From positions 1-64,000 of the forward strand of contig JAXMNT010000038.1 in the NCBI GenBank assembly GCA_034670305.1: 64,000 bases of DNA, in the 5' to 3' direction. The notes below the pieces were generated by a model. The model was not told where the DNA came from and did no database searches. It saw only the letters and a list, made by a program, of their open reading frames with translations. How positions within the stretch are numbered: position 1 is the stretch's first letter; each line of letters opens with the position of its first letter. This DNA is from Deltaproteobacteria bacterium. GTDB taxonomy: Bacteria; Myxococcota_A; Polyangia; Polyangiales; Houyiibacteriaceae. Made by a program: the position numbers and the translations under genes. Positions 10,709 through 20,077 of this stretch are shown in pieces.

Positions 10709-11626
10709 ATGCGAATGCTGCTTCTCGTCCTGAGCGCTTGCGCGTCGACGCCCACCCGGTCTGAAACCGCCCCGCCGCCTTCGGAGACCGAGGCGACCGC
10801 GGTGCCGTCTTTGGCAACCGCAGAGACAACCCAGACCCCATCGAACGCTCTCCAGATCGTGCAGCGGGACGACCTCTTGCCCGAGCTGCGCGCGGACGGG
10901 TACGACGGCAGCTTCGTCGCCCACACCTTGGGCACCGATTCGATGGTCTGCGTCGGGGCCGGATGCACCCACCGAGTGCCGCCGGCGTCGACGTTCAAGA
11001 TCCCACACGCCGCGATCGCACTCGAGGTCGGCGCGCTCTCAGGCCCGGAACATCCGATGGCGTGGGACGGCGAAGAGCGCTGGGTCTCGAGCTGGAACCA
11101 GGACCACGTACTGCGCACCGCCATCCGAGACTCGGTGCTCTGGTACTTCATGCGGGTCGCGCCACTCGTCGGACAGGAGCGCATGCAACACGCGCTCGAC
11201 ACCATGGCCTACGGCAACGCCACGATCGGGGAACTCGACCGGTTCTGGATCGATGGCTCGCTCCTCATCTCGCCGGTCGAACAGGTCGCGTTCTGGAGCG
11301 CGCTCGCAGACGGTTCGCTTCCGGGCATCTCCGCCGAGACCCGCGAGACCGTGCTCTCGATGTGCGAACTCGCCCGCGACGAGACCTCCGTGCCGTCCTC
11401 GGGAACCACAGTGCTCTACGGCAAGACCGGCTGGGACCACCGCCCCGACAGCCCCGACCACGGCTGGTTCACCGGCTGCATCGACGCAGCCGGCACCTGG
11501 ACCTGCTTCGCCCTCGTCTTCGAGACCGAGGAAGAGTCCCCCGCCCTCGACCGCTTCGTGCCCGCCCGCCGAGCCGCCGCCGAACGCCTCCTGAGTCGCC
11601 TCGACATCCCGGTGCCGAACCACTGA
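10709..11626 (+). CDS. Class D beta-lactamase-like / penicillin-binding transpeptidase lipoprotein
   Basis: PASTFKIP, SVLWYF, YGN, FWIDGSL.ISP.EQ, GKTG, HGWFTG motifs; lipobox LSAC. Confidence 0.85.
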   Translation: MRMLLLVLSACASTPTRSETAPPPSETEATAVPSLATAETTQTPSNALQIVQRDDLLPELRADGYDGSFVAHTLGTDSMVCVGAGCTHRVPPASTFKIPHAAIALEVGALSGPEHPMAWDGEERWVSSWNQDHVLRTAIRDSVLWYFMRVAPLVGQERMQHALDTMAYGNATIGELDRFWIDGSLLISPVEQVAFWSALADGSLPGISAETRETVLSMCELARDETSVPSSGTTVLYGKTGWDHRPDSPDHGWFTGCIDAAGTWTCFALVFETEEESPALDRFVPARRAAAERLLSRLDIPVPNH

Positions 11627-11681
11627 CCCATACGTTCGCGCGGTCCCGTCTGCGGCGCGCCCACCCGAGTGCTGGCCGGAC

Positions 11682-12014
11682 TCAGAACGGCTCGCACTCC
11701 CCCATGGCCTCGTCGCGGTGGGCGTCGCAGAACGTTTGGCAAGAGGCGAGCACCTCTGGACCAGGGGTACCGAACCGACACGGCTCGTAGTCGGTCGGAA
11801 TGCAGGTTGTCGCAAAGAGGTAGGCCTCGCCGGTCGAGCGGGAGCCCGCGAATGTAACAATCAATCCGCCTCCGTCCGCACAGTTGCACGATGCCCAGAT
11901 GTCCGAGAACGAGCAGAAGGTTCCCGCATCCGACTCAATCGTATGACCCGAGCCACACCCCAGCAGGAGGAGCGTGAGAATGGTCGGCAACCGCTGTCCC
12001 AAACTACGAATCAT
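11682..12014 (-). CDS. Small Cys-rich hypothetical lipoprotein
   Basis: Signal peptide with LLGC lipobox; several Cys in the mature part. Confidence 0.5.
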   Translation of the reverse strand: MIRSLGQRLPTILTLLLLGCGSGHTIESDAGTFCSFSDIWASCNCADGGGLIVTFAGSRSTGEAYLFATTCIPTDYEPCRFGTPGPEVLASCQTFCDAHRDEAMGECEPF

Positions 12015-12085
12015 GCTGTCGGCGTTCTCGAGCACGGGGCAACTCGATGCGGAAACCCAGGTAAGGCGCCGCAACCTTCATTATT

Positions 12086-13891
12086 TCAGAGGGCCCAGTC
12101 GGGGTCGAGGATCTCCAACAGATCGGCGCCCGCCGGTGACCCCAGAAACCCGGAGCCTACGATGTTCATGATGCGTGCGGTGACTCGGAACACGCACGCG
12201 TCGCCGTCATAACCTTCGAACACGATGTGGTGTTGCTCCTCCGAACGAACCGACGTGTGGCATCGCCCGGCTGTCTTGCTGACGAGCTCGGTGACCTCGG
12301 TGGCGGCGATGGTCGCTGCGGGCGCACCGCCGGTCGGCCGGAGCCCGAACCAGGCCTGCCGATGGCTCGCCGTGTACTGAAGGAGTTGGACCTGCATCTC
12401 GCCGAGGGCGCAGTACCGCTCGATCGCTGAGAACATGCCCCCGCTCGAGACACCTTCGGGCCAATCGGTTTCCATGAACTCTGCGATGTCGACGAGCGGT
12501 CGCCCATCGCTGCCGACCAGCCGCACCGATGCGCGCGACGCGCGCAGGATCTCCGCCATCCGGACCAGCAGCGTCGGTCCGCGCCCTTCGTTCGCCAGCC
12601 GCGCTGCCCCTTCGAGCCGTGCGCGGTCTGTCCGCGGCTGTGGGTCCTGTGCCGCGACCGCTTCGAGTTGCTGCGCGGCGTACGCCTGCATGCCTTCGTG
12701 TCCGAACGCGGTCTGCATCCGCTCCGCGTTGCCCACCACGATTTCGTAGGGTGGCTCTCCACGCTCGGCTTCCAGACACGCTCCAAACGAGCGCAGATCC
12801 CACCCGAGGTGTTCGACCGACAACGCGCCTGCGATCGCCGAGACGAAGTCGTCGAAGCTGGCGATCGACGCGCCATCGATCTCGATCCGCTGCACGGGCG
12901 GCTCGCACGCGACCTCGGCGCGCCTGCGTAGCGCCGCTTCGTGGTTCGCGATCGCGCGGACGATCGCAGCGTCCTCCTCGGTCCCGCCGGCCCACGGCAC
13001 CGTCCGCTCGAGCCATGCCACGCCAGGCCACCGGTCTCGTGCGTCGCGGAAACACACCATGGCTCGAAGGACCACCTCGGGTCGGACGAAGAGCGCCATC
13101 GGAAGCGTCTCCGTTTCGAAGGACTCGAAGCAACGAAGGGTGACGCGCTGGTCGGGCGCCGCGGCGACCGCAACCCAGCGCTTTTCGTGGCCAAACGGAT
13201 GCGACCCGTCGATGAACGACACAGCGAAGCGGCGTTCGGGGTGCCGCCGGATCGACAGCGACGCTGCGAGCACACTCTCGTCGATCGAATACTCTTCCCA
13301 CCACTGGAGCGACACGGTTCCGGTGCCGTTCGGGTCGTTCCAAATCGACTCGTCCAGCTCGAGCACACCCATCCAATCGGCCGGCTCGGTGATCCGAATC
13401 GGCGGCCGCTGGTAGGCGTCGGGCAGTTCCAAATACAGGCCCGGCGGACGGATCCGTTTCCGACGCGAGGTCGTGGAATCGAACAGCACTTGACCATTCC
13501 GACCGCGCAGCTGCAACGACGCGGGCGAACCGCAGACCACCCTTGCGAGCGTTTCGAGCAGCGTGTCGCCGACCGAACCACGCGCGTGCAGGAGTGCGCG
13601 CCGATGCCACGCAGCGTCGTCCGTTCTCAGCATGCCGCGCCCACCCTCCGCAATGACCTGCAGCGCCCACGTCTCGTACTGCTCAAGCCCCACGTGCCCG
13701 AACGCCTCGAGCATGGTCTCCGCCTCGGAGACCACGATCTCGTAGGGCGGCTCCCCGCCGTAGCCCCCCTGTAGACAGTCGTGCAGCGAGTGCAGATCCC
13801 AGCCGAAGTAGTCGACCGACAACGCCGTTGCCATCGCCGACACGAAGTCGTCGAAGCACCGAATCTCCGAGCCGTTCAAGTCCACCTGCAT
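12086..13891 (-). CDS. Multi-domain immunity-like protein: barstar - Imm1-like - barstar - unknown domain
   Basis: Two homologous barstar-like segments (YFGWDLHSLHDCL; HLGWDLRSFGACL) flank an Imm1-like motif FVRPEVVLRAMVCFRDARDRWPGVAWLE. Confidence 0.65.
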   Translation of the reverse strand: MQVDLNGSEIRCFDDFVSAMATALSVDYFGWDLHSLHDCLQGGYGGEPPYEIVVSEAETMLEAFGHVGLEQYETWALQVIAEGGRGMLRTDDAAWHRRALLHARGSVGDTLLETLARVVCGSPASLQLRGRNGQVLFDSTTSRRKRIRPPGLYLELPDAYQRPPIRITEPADWMGVLELDESIWNDPNGTGTVSLQWWEEYSIDESVLAASLSIRRHPERRFAVSFIDGSHPFGHEKRWVAVAAAPDQRVTLRCFESFETETLPMALFVRPEVVLRAMVCFRDARDRWPGVAWLERTVPWAGGTEEDAAIVRAIANHEAALRRRAEVACEPPVQRIEIDGASIASFDDFVSAIAGALSVEHLGWDLRSFGACLEAERGEPPYEIVVGNAERMQTAFGHEGMQAYAAQQLEAVAAQDPQPRTDRARLEGAARLANEGRGPTLLVRMAEILRASRASVRLVGSDGRPLVDIAEFMETDWPEGVSSGGMFSAIERYCALGEMQVQLLQYTASHRQAWFGLRPTGGAPAATIAATEVTELVSKTAGRCHTSVRSEEQHHIVFEGYDGDACVFRVTARIMNIVGSGFLGSPAGADLLEILDPDWAL

Positions 13892-13954
13892 GGAAACGTT
13901 TCAACCTAAGTCGCGCCTCGCCTCGCGTCATCTGCATCGTGGTAGATCGTCCCG

Positions 13955-14875
13955 ATGTCGCTCGAACAACCCCAGACCAAACCCATCGTGGTGGGGTACC
14001 TCGCGTTGCAGGGCGCTGCGGTATTCGGTTGGTGGGCTTTGATGTTCTTCGTCGAAGCGTCTCGTGATTGGTTCGTGCCCGCGGGCGAGCCCACCGCAGG
14101 GCTCAGTCGTTTCTGGCTCCCCGATCTCGTGCTCGCGTCGGCCTCGTGGGCGTGTGCGTGGGGTGCCCTGCGCGAGCGCACCTGGGTGGCGACAGCGACC
14201 TGGTGGCTCGCGGGCGTCTGCTGCTACCCGACCATGTACTGCCTGGCTCTGAGCGTTCGGACGGATTCGGGCTGGTTGGCGAGTGGCTGCATGGCGGCGA
14301 TGTCGGGTGGCTGTCTGGTGGTCGCCTCGATCCAAGGGACCGCTTCACAGGACGCCGCCGCCTACCGCGCCGTCGACCTGGGCAAGGGTGGCGCGTTGGC
14401 CTGGACCATGCTCCAGGTCGTGATCTTCTGGGGACTGTTTCTCTGGGTGTTCCCGAAGACGGTGGTCGAGCTCGAAGGGCGCTTCGGCGTGCCCGCCATT
14501 CCATCCGGGGGGTGGATTGCGCTCGCTGGGTTCGGCTTGGCCGGTTGCCTCGGCATGTGGAGCGGCACGACGATGGCACGCATCGGCCGCGGCACGCCGT
14601 TGCCGACGGCGGCGGCGAGCACCCTGGTGACCGCGGGGCCGTACCGCTGGGTGCGCAACCCGATGGCGGTGGCGGGGATCACGCAAGGCATCGTCATGGC
14701 GTGGTGGATGGGGAGCGCGTCGTACATCGCGCTTTCGCTGTTGGGCGGCGCCATCTGGCACGTGTTCGTGCGGCCGTCGGAAGAGGCGGATCTCGAAGCC
14801 CGTTTCGGTGCGCCGTATCGGACCTACAAGACGCAGGTCGGCCTCTGGCTCCCGTGGCTGTTTCGCAGCCGCTAG
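13955..14875 (+). CDS. Isoprenylcysteine carboxyl methyltransferase/PEMT-family membrane protein
   Basis: GRGTPLP, LVTAGPYRWVRNPM, EEADLEARFG.PY..YK motifs. Confidence 0.85.
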   Translation: MSLEQPQTKPIVVGYLALQGAAVFGWWALMFFVEASRDWFVPAGEPTAGLSRFWLPDLVLASASWACAWGALRERTWVATATWWLAGVCCYPTMYCLALSVRTDSGWLASGCMAAMSGGCLVVASIQGTASQDAAAYRAVDLGKGGALAWTMLQVVIFWGLFLWVFPKTVVELEGRFGVPAIPSGGWIALAGFGLAGCLGMWSGTTMARIGRGTPLPTAAASTLVTAGPYRWVRNPMAVAGITQGIVMAWWMGSASYIALSLLGGAIWHVFVRPSEEADLEARFGAPYRTYKTQVGLWLPWLFRSR

Positions 14876-15436
14876 CAGGTCGCTGAAAAGCGACCTGCTC
14901 CCTTGCCGTTGCCCTTGCCCGTGCCCTTGCCCGCGTCGTGGACGCCGTGTGTTTCGCGACAGCTAGGCCGCGAATCGGAGCCCGATGCCCAGCGGACGAA
15001 GCCGCCGGGCATCGGTCGGTGCTACGCGGCGCAGCTCCGCAGCCGCGCGACGCGTAGGAGGTTGTATGCGGCGCCGGCCAGGTAGGCGGCGAACTGTGTC
15101 TTGCGTCTGCCTCGATATTGCTGGTCTCTCGCGGCGTCCCGAAGGGTGCGGACGCCTTCGGCCGTCCTGGAACCCTTCGGGAACGGCTCCGGACCTGCTC
15201 GTCGCTTCGCTCCTGCGCGGGCCCGAAGCCTCGCACGCGAGAGACAATATTTCTTGGGGGCACAGCCCCCAAGAAACATCGAACGGCCTCTCGCCCACCT
15301 CGAGCAGGTCGTCGCGATGCTCGTCGCGCTGATCAAGCGATCTGACCGCTGATCCGCGGGCAAGGGCAAAGGCAAGGGCAGGGGCAAGGGGCAGGCTGCG
15401 AGAACGCCCTGCGGGCGTTCTTCAGCAACCTGTTAG
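14872..15436. mobile_element. Non-autonomous, internally deleted IS5-like element (MITE-like mosaic)
   Basis: Imperfect terminal IRs CTAGCAGGTCGCTGAA / (rc) CTAACAGGTTGCTGAA; inverted (GCCCTT) tracts; transposase C-terminal remnant; right end repeated at 2-150. Confidence 0.7.
15022..15120 (-). pseudogene. C-terminal fragment of an IS5-type DDE transposase
   Basis: QYRGRRKTQFAAYLAGAAYNLLRVARLRSCAA* fits the R(Y/F)RG...AAYNL.R C-terminal signature. Confidence 0.7.
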
Positions 15437-15443
15437 TACTCGG

Positions 15444-16139
15444 CTACAGGACGATGCGGCGGATGTTGAGGGTGTAGCTGCCGATGTCGGTGGTGATGGC
15501 GGTGAAGATGAGGGTGGTGTCGCCCGGGGCGACGCGGCCTCTGCAGGTGGGGCTGCCGCTGCAGTAGATGCCGTCGGAGCGGCCGTTGCTGACGGTGACG
15601 CTCCAGGTGCCGCTACCGCCGCCGGTGATGTCGGCGCAGAACGGATCGCCGGGGCGCACATCCCGGAAGTAGCTGTCGGGCGTGCCGCTCGAGGCGGACT
15701 CCCGGATGGTCTCGACGGTCAGCCCGGCTTCCTCGCAGGTGACCGGACCCGGGCCAGCATCGGTGCCAGCGTCGGTGCCAGCATCGGTGCCCGCGTCGGT
15801 GCCCGCGTCGGTGCCTGCGTCGGTGCCCGCGTCGGTGCCCGCGTCGGTGCCCGCGTCGGTGCCCGCGTCGGTGCCCGAGTCCGTGCTGGCGTCGAGGTCT
15901 GCGCCGGAATCGAGGTCTGCGCCGGAATCGAGGTTCGGGGCGTCGCTCGCAGCGTCCAAGTCGACCGCCGCGTCTGTCGAGGACGCGTCGATGTCTGCGG
16001 CATCGCGGTCGGGCGCGTCCGCTTCGGACCGGGCATCGCTGACCGGCCCTGCGTCCGCGCCAGTGCGCACGTCGTCGCCGCATGCCGCAGCGACGATGGG
16101 GAGAAGAACGAGCAGCGCGACGGGGTGATGAAGTCTCAC
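15444..16139 (-). CDS. Hypothetical lipoprotein with (GTDA)n linker
   Basis: Lipobox AAAC-GDD; about ten 12-bp GTDA repeats; small C-terminal beta domain. Confidence 0.7.
   Translation of the reverse strand: MRLHHPVALLVLLPIVAAACGDDVRTGADAGPVSDARSEADAPDRDAADIDASSTDAAVDLDAASDAPNLDSGADLDSGADLDASTDSGTDAGTDAGTDAGTDAGTDAGTDAGTDAGTDAGTDAGTDAGPGPVTCEEAGLTVETIRESASSGTPDSYFRDVRPGDPFCADITGGGSGTWSVTVSNGRSDGIYCSGSPTCRGRVAPGDTTLIFTAITTDIGSYTLNIRRIVL
15754..15876. repeat. 12-bp coding tandem repeat (GCGTCGGTGCCC)n
   Basis: About 10 units visible. Confidence 0.9.
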
Positions 16140-16241
16140 CCGGCGGAGGTTCTCACATTGGTCGGGCAGGGGGCAGCCGCGGAGGGCGCCGGCGGGTTCT
16201 TGCCGCCCACTGCCGCAGACCACTGCTGTCTCTGCTCGTTC

Positions 16242-16509
16242 CTGCTGCTGTGTCTGCTGCTGGTTCTGCTGCTGTGTCTGCTGCTGTGTCTGCTGCTGTG
16301 TCTGCTGCTGTGTCTGCTGCTGTGTCTGCTGCTGCCGATCCGAACCGACGCCGAAGCCGAACCCGAAGCCGAAGCCGAAGCCGAAGCCGACGCCGACGCC
16401 GAAGCCGAAGCCGAACCCGAAGCCGACCCCGAAGCCGAAGCCGACGCCGAAGCCGAAGCCGAAGCCGACGCCGACGCCGAAGTCGAAGCCGACGCCGAAG
16501 CCGACGCCG
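16242..16509. repeat. Intergenic double simple-sequence array: (CTGCTGCTGTGT)n then (GCCGAA/GCCGAC)n
   Basis: 16242-16334 dodecamers; about 16340-16509 hexamers. Confidence 0.9.
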
Positions 16510-16517
16510 TCAACGCG

Positions 16518-17732
16518 TCAGAGGCGGGTGCAGGTGGAGGCGTTGGTGGGGCTGCAGGGGATGCCGCAGCTCGAGTCGCAGACCTGGCCGGTGTTGGTGT
16601 AGCCGTCGGGACAGGGCCAGTTGCCGCAGTTGGTGACCGTGGCGGCTTCGGCCAACGTGCAGGTGGTCGAGTTGGCGCCGGAGGGGCAGTCGCTTCCGCA
16701 GGTGGCCGTGCATTCCCAGCGGGAGTGGTAGTGGGTTTCGGGACACCGGTTGAAACAGGTGCGGTAGCTGTCGCTGCAGTTGGGGGCGCAGGTGATGGTG
16801 TTGTAGGGCGACGTGCTGCACGAGGTCGTGGCGTTGCATCCGGCGGTGCAGCTGACCGCGCTCCAGTGGTAGCCGGCGGGGCAGCCAGCGGTGCACTTGG
16901 TGATCGCGTCGCAGGTGCACACGTTGCAATCGCTCCAGGTGCATGTGCTCGAACAGGTGCGCGCGGTGCAGGTGTCGCACGCGCCGGTCGCACCGGGGGC
17001 GCACTCTCCTTCACCGGTGCACGACCCGAACAGCTCCCACCGACACGACTCGTTGCAGCGGCGGCTCTGGGTTCCGCAGTTGCCGCAGCTGCGCGCGTCG
17101 GTCGTGTCCGCCTCGCACTCTCCCGCGCCGGTGCACGGTCCCCACGGTCCGAACCCACAGCCTTCGTTGCAGATGCGGTCGCGGGTGCCGCAGTTGCCGC
17201 AGGCTTCGGTTTCGCGGGTGCCGGGCACGCACGTGCCCAAGTCGGTCCCGCACGCGACGCAGAGCGCATCCACGCACTCGCCACCGCCCGGACACGGGGT
17301 GCCAGGGCAACACGGCGCGCCGGGTGCGCCACACTGGAGACAGCGTCCGACGGAGGTGTCGCATGAGAACCCGGTCGCGCAGGCGTCTCCGAGACAGCAC
17401 GGGTCGTCCATGCGACCGCACGGGACGCAGGTGCCGGCGTCGCACACGAGCACGCCGTTGCACGCGTCGCCGTCGCAGCACGGTTGCCCGGTCGCGCCAC
17501 ACACACCCGGCGGCACATCGAAGCGCAACACGTCGCGGGCGGGTGCATCGAGGTTGGCGTCGACGCTGCGACTGTCCATGGACGCATCTCGGCTCGCCAC
17601 GCGCACACACACGCCCGCCTCGCAGGTCCAGCCATCGGCGCAGGGACACGAACGCCCTTCCAGGTCGACCTCGCTCAACGCGCACGCGGGCACAGTGGCG
17701 AGGAGCAGGAGCGTGAGGAAGGAAGCGCGCAC
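16518..17732 (-). CDS. Cys-rich lipoprotein with thrombospondin-like repeats
   Basis: Signal ending VPAC; CG..GQPCC repeats; two CGNCGT..R.CNE.C...(W/F)G.CTG.GEC repeats. Confidence 0.75.
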   Translation of the reverse strand: MRASFLTLLLLATVPACALSEVDLEGRSCPCADGWTCEAGVCVRVASRDASMDSRSVDANLDAPARDVLRFDVPPGVCGATGQPCCDGDACNGVLVCDAGTCVPCGRMDDPCCLGDACATGFSCDTSVGRCLQCGAPGAPCCPGTPCPGGGECVDALCVACGTDLGTCVPGTRETEACGNCGTRDRICNEGCGFGPWGPCTGAGECEADTTDARSCGNCGTQSRRCNESCRWELFGSCTGEGECAPGATGACDTCTARTCSSTCTWSDCNVCTCDAITKCTAGCPAGYHWSAVSCTAGCNATTSCSTSPYNTITCAPNCSDSYRTCFNRCPETHYHSRWECTATCGSDCPSGANSTTCTLAEAATVTNCGNWPCPDGYTNTGQVCDSSCGIPCSPTNASTCTRL

Positions 17733-17781
17733 GAAACAACGACACCATACAAGAAAGCCGGGCCGCCGGACGGATGAGCGT

Positions 17782-18735
17782 CTAGTAGCTGGCCATGTCG
17801 GCGCAGTCCAAGTGGTCTCCGGGATCGACGCCGAGCAAGTCCGTGTAGCGCCGGTAGAACCCGATCCGATCGTCGACACGCGGGTCCGGGCCGATGTTGC
17901 ACTCGAGGCCGCCGTTGATGATGTTCACGGTCATTCCGAATCCCGGACGGCGGTTGCCCGCCTCGTCCGCAGACGACGGAGTCCAGTGGCCCACCATCAC
18001 GTCGTGGCACGAAGGTTTGGGTGGCTGGCTTGTCATCCAGAACCAGATGGCGGTGCGAAACGCGACCACGCCGTCGGTGGCCACGAGATCCGGATCGCTC
18101 AAGAGATCCAGCCCGAGCGCCGCCCCGGCCTGCCCGTAGTTGTAGTTCCACGAGAGCTGCATCGGACCGCGGCCGTGGTACGTGCGTCCGGCCGCGCACG
18201 GCCACATCTCGGATGCAGCGCAGTAGCCCGTACATCCACCGCCGCCGCAGCCCACCTCTTCTTTGAAGCAGAGCCCCCACGCGTGCGGACCGTCCGGCGC
18301 AGTCGACCAACCCCCGGTCGTCTCGTGGGACACGTTCGCGAGAAACGCAGCCGCTTCCCGTCGACGGACCTCGAGGCTGCCTTCGCTGCAGAAGTCCGGG
18401 AACGTCTCGGCGGCCGCCAAGAGCGCCTCGTAGGTGAACAGGCTTCCATCGCACGCCGGGTCGGTTCGATGCAGAAAGAACGCGTCGTACATCGCGCGCG
18501 TGACGATGGCGGCGAAGTCGCCCGTGCCAGCGTCTGTGTCGTCGACGATGGTGTCGAAGGGCGCGTCGTCTGCGCCAGCGTCTCGAGCGCCAGCGTCCGA
18601 CCCGGCATCCGGCGTCCGAGCGGCGTCGGCGAGCGCACTGTCCGGAACGGGTGCAGCGTCGCGCGCCACCGCGTCGTCGTCGCCGCCACAGGCGCCCATC
18701 AAGAGGATCGCCATCGTCGGAATGAAGCGTCTCAC
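17782..18735 (-). CDS. Chitinase, glycoside hydrolase family 19, lipoprotein
   Basis: [57 protein letters not shown]. Confidence 0.95.
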   Translation of the reverse strand: MRRFIPTMAILLMGACGGDDDAVARDAAPVPDSALADAARTPDAGSDAGARDAGADDAPFDTIVDDTDAGTGDFAAIVTRAMYDAFFLHRTDPACDGSLFTYEALLAAAETFPDFCSEGSLEVRRREAAAFLANVSHETTGGWSTAPDGPHAWGLCFKEEVGCGGGGCTGYCAASEMWPCAAGRTYHGRGPMQLSWNYNYGQAGAALGLDLLSDPDLVATDGVVAFRTAIWFWMTSQPPKPSCHDVMVGHWTPSSADEAGNRRPGFGMTVNIINGGLECNIGPDPRVDDRIGFYRRYTDLLGVDPGDHLDCADMASY

Positions 18736-18832
18736 CGCCCTCAACGTCTCACGCGGTTCGAGGACATTCCAGGGCTCGAGGTTCTGTGAAACCGCCACGC
18801 GCCACTTCCGTCACCAAGGGGACGGAACACAA

Positions 18833-18863
18833 CTGCCCCTCGCGGCTTGGGCCGGAGGGGCAG
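18833..18863 (-). terminator. Hairpin just 3' of tmRNA
   Basis: CTGCCCCTC...GAGGGGCAG inverted repeat; weak U-tail. Confidence 0.5.
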
Positions 18864-18867
18864 GGTT

Positions 18868-19226
18868 TGGTGGAGGCGCAGGGAATCGAACCCTGGTCCG
18901 AGAACGATCCAAATCGGCGTCTACGTGCGTATTCCGTGGACTTGAGTTTCGCTCAGACGTGCGCCCACGGACGGGCTCTTGTCTTCGCTAGCTGCTCTAA
19001 ATCTCATCACCTCGTCGAGCTGCAACCGTGGTGACCAGTCGATTCAAATGACGCCTCCGAAGGGAGCATCGACAAGCTCCCTAATTCGGCGGCCCTACAG
19101 GTTTTTAAGCTGCGAGAGCGAGTGCGTTGTCGTTGGCACTTATAGGTTCCCACGCTTTTAACGCCGTCGTGAGCCGGCGGACACGCAACCGATTCTTCTT
19201 CGTCCCCGTCGAAACCGATCGCCCCC
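18868..19226 (-). ncRNA. ssrA: tmRNA; tag ORF 19137-19105 encodes ANDNALALAA*
   Basis: 5' GGGGGCGATCGGTTTCGACGGGG; 3' CAGGGTTCGATTCCCTGCGCCTCCACCA; G3.U alanine acceptor stem; 359 nt. Confidence 0.97.
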
Positions 19227-19323
19227 AGAAGGGACACACCGTCGAAGGAACCCGGGTTTTCAACGAACCCGCCCACTATGGGCACGGGCCATCGAAGAAT
19301 CAACGTGCCGGAGCCGGGGAGCC

Positions 19324-19539
19324 GCCCTTGCCCTTGCCCCTGCCCTTGCTCTTGCTCTTGCCCTTGCCCCTGCCCTTGCCCTCGGAAAAAGCGGCAGACT
19401 CAGTGGCAGCGGCAGACTCAGTGGCAGCGGCAGACTCAGTGGCAGCGGCAGACTCAGTGGCAGCGGCAGACTCAGTGGCAGCGGCAGTGGCAGCGTTAGA
19501 CTCAGTGGCCGCGGCAGACTCAGTGGCAGCGGCAGACTG
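19324..19539. repeat. Intergenic double simple-sequence array: (GCCCTT)n then 18-bp (GCGGCAGACTCAGTGGCA)n
   Basis: Hexamer tract to about 19381; five perfect 18-mers 19391-19480 followed by degenerate units. Confidence 0.9.
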
Positions 19540-19552
19540 CGTGCAGCGCCAG

Positions 19553-20077
19553 CTACTTGACGACGCGGAGGTGGGAGGGGCGGCCCGGGGTCGGGCCGTC
19601 GCCATCCGGATCGGGCGCGTCTTCGGTCTTCTCGATCGCTTCGACGAGGGCGCCGGGGGGCGGGGGGATGGTGGACTTTCGACCGCCCTTCACCACACGC
19701 AGACCCTTGGGCTCGCGTTTGCCCATCTCGCGCTCGACCTCTTCGACGAGCTCCGCCGGCATGGAGTCGGGCCAGACCATCGCGCGGCCGTGCGAGTCGG
19801 CGAGCGCGTAGACGGCATCCCAGGGAACCGTCACGGAAAACGGGGAGCCACCGAAGCTCAGGGTTCCGAATATGCCCGCGTCGTCCACCCGGAGGTCCGG
19901 AATGGGTTTCGGCATGTCGAAACCGACCTGGAGCACCAACTGCGGCGACTGCCTCAGGTGGAGCGGGACGACGACGCCTTTGGCGCGCGGGTCCAGGTGG
20001 ATGAACAGATCTCCGCGGAGCAAGAGGCCGCGTGCGACGTCTTGCTTGTCCGGAAGCTGCTGCTCTCCGTCCCCCAC
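19553..20077 (-). CDS. sspB: ClpXP specificity-enhancing factor SspB
   Basis: PIPDLRVDDAGIFGTLSFGGSPF.VTVPWDAVYAL core and C-terminal ClpX-binding tail PSHLRVVK. Confidence 0.85.
   Translation of the reverse strand: MGDGEQQLPDKQDVARGLLLRGDLFIHLDPRAKGVVVPLHLRQSPQLVLQVGFDMPKPIPDLRVDDAGIFGTLSFGGSPFSVTVPWDAVYALADSHGRAMVWPDSMPAELVEEVEREMGKREPKGLRVVKGGRKSTIPPPPGALVEAIEKTEDAPDPDGDGPTPGRPSHLRVVK

Noticed and set aside
16082-17635. Long low-complexity ORFs (LLLC, AE, SA or RS repeats)
   Set aside because: They are read-throughs of simple repeats or shadows of the Cys-rich gene at 16518-17732
8800-18868. Genomic island integrated at the tmRNA 3' end
   Set aside because: I found no integrase and no duplicated ssrA 3' end; gene style matches the rest of the window
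18868-18900. tRNA gene
   Set aside because: The T-arm and CCA belong to tmRNA; the 5' end is 359 nt away and a tag ORF lies between
19391-19539. Possible CRISPR array
   Set aside because: The 18-bp units are head-to-tail with no unique spacers, and there are no cas genes
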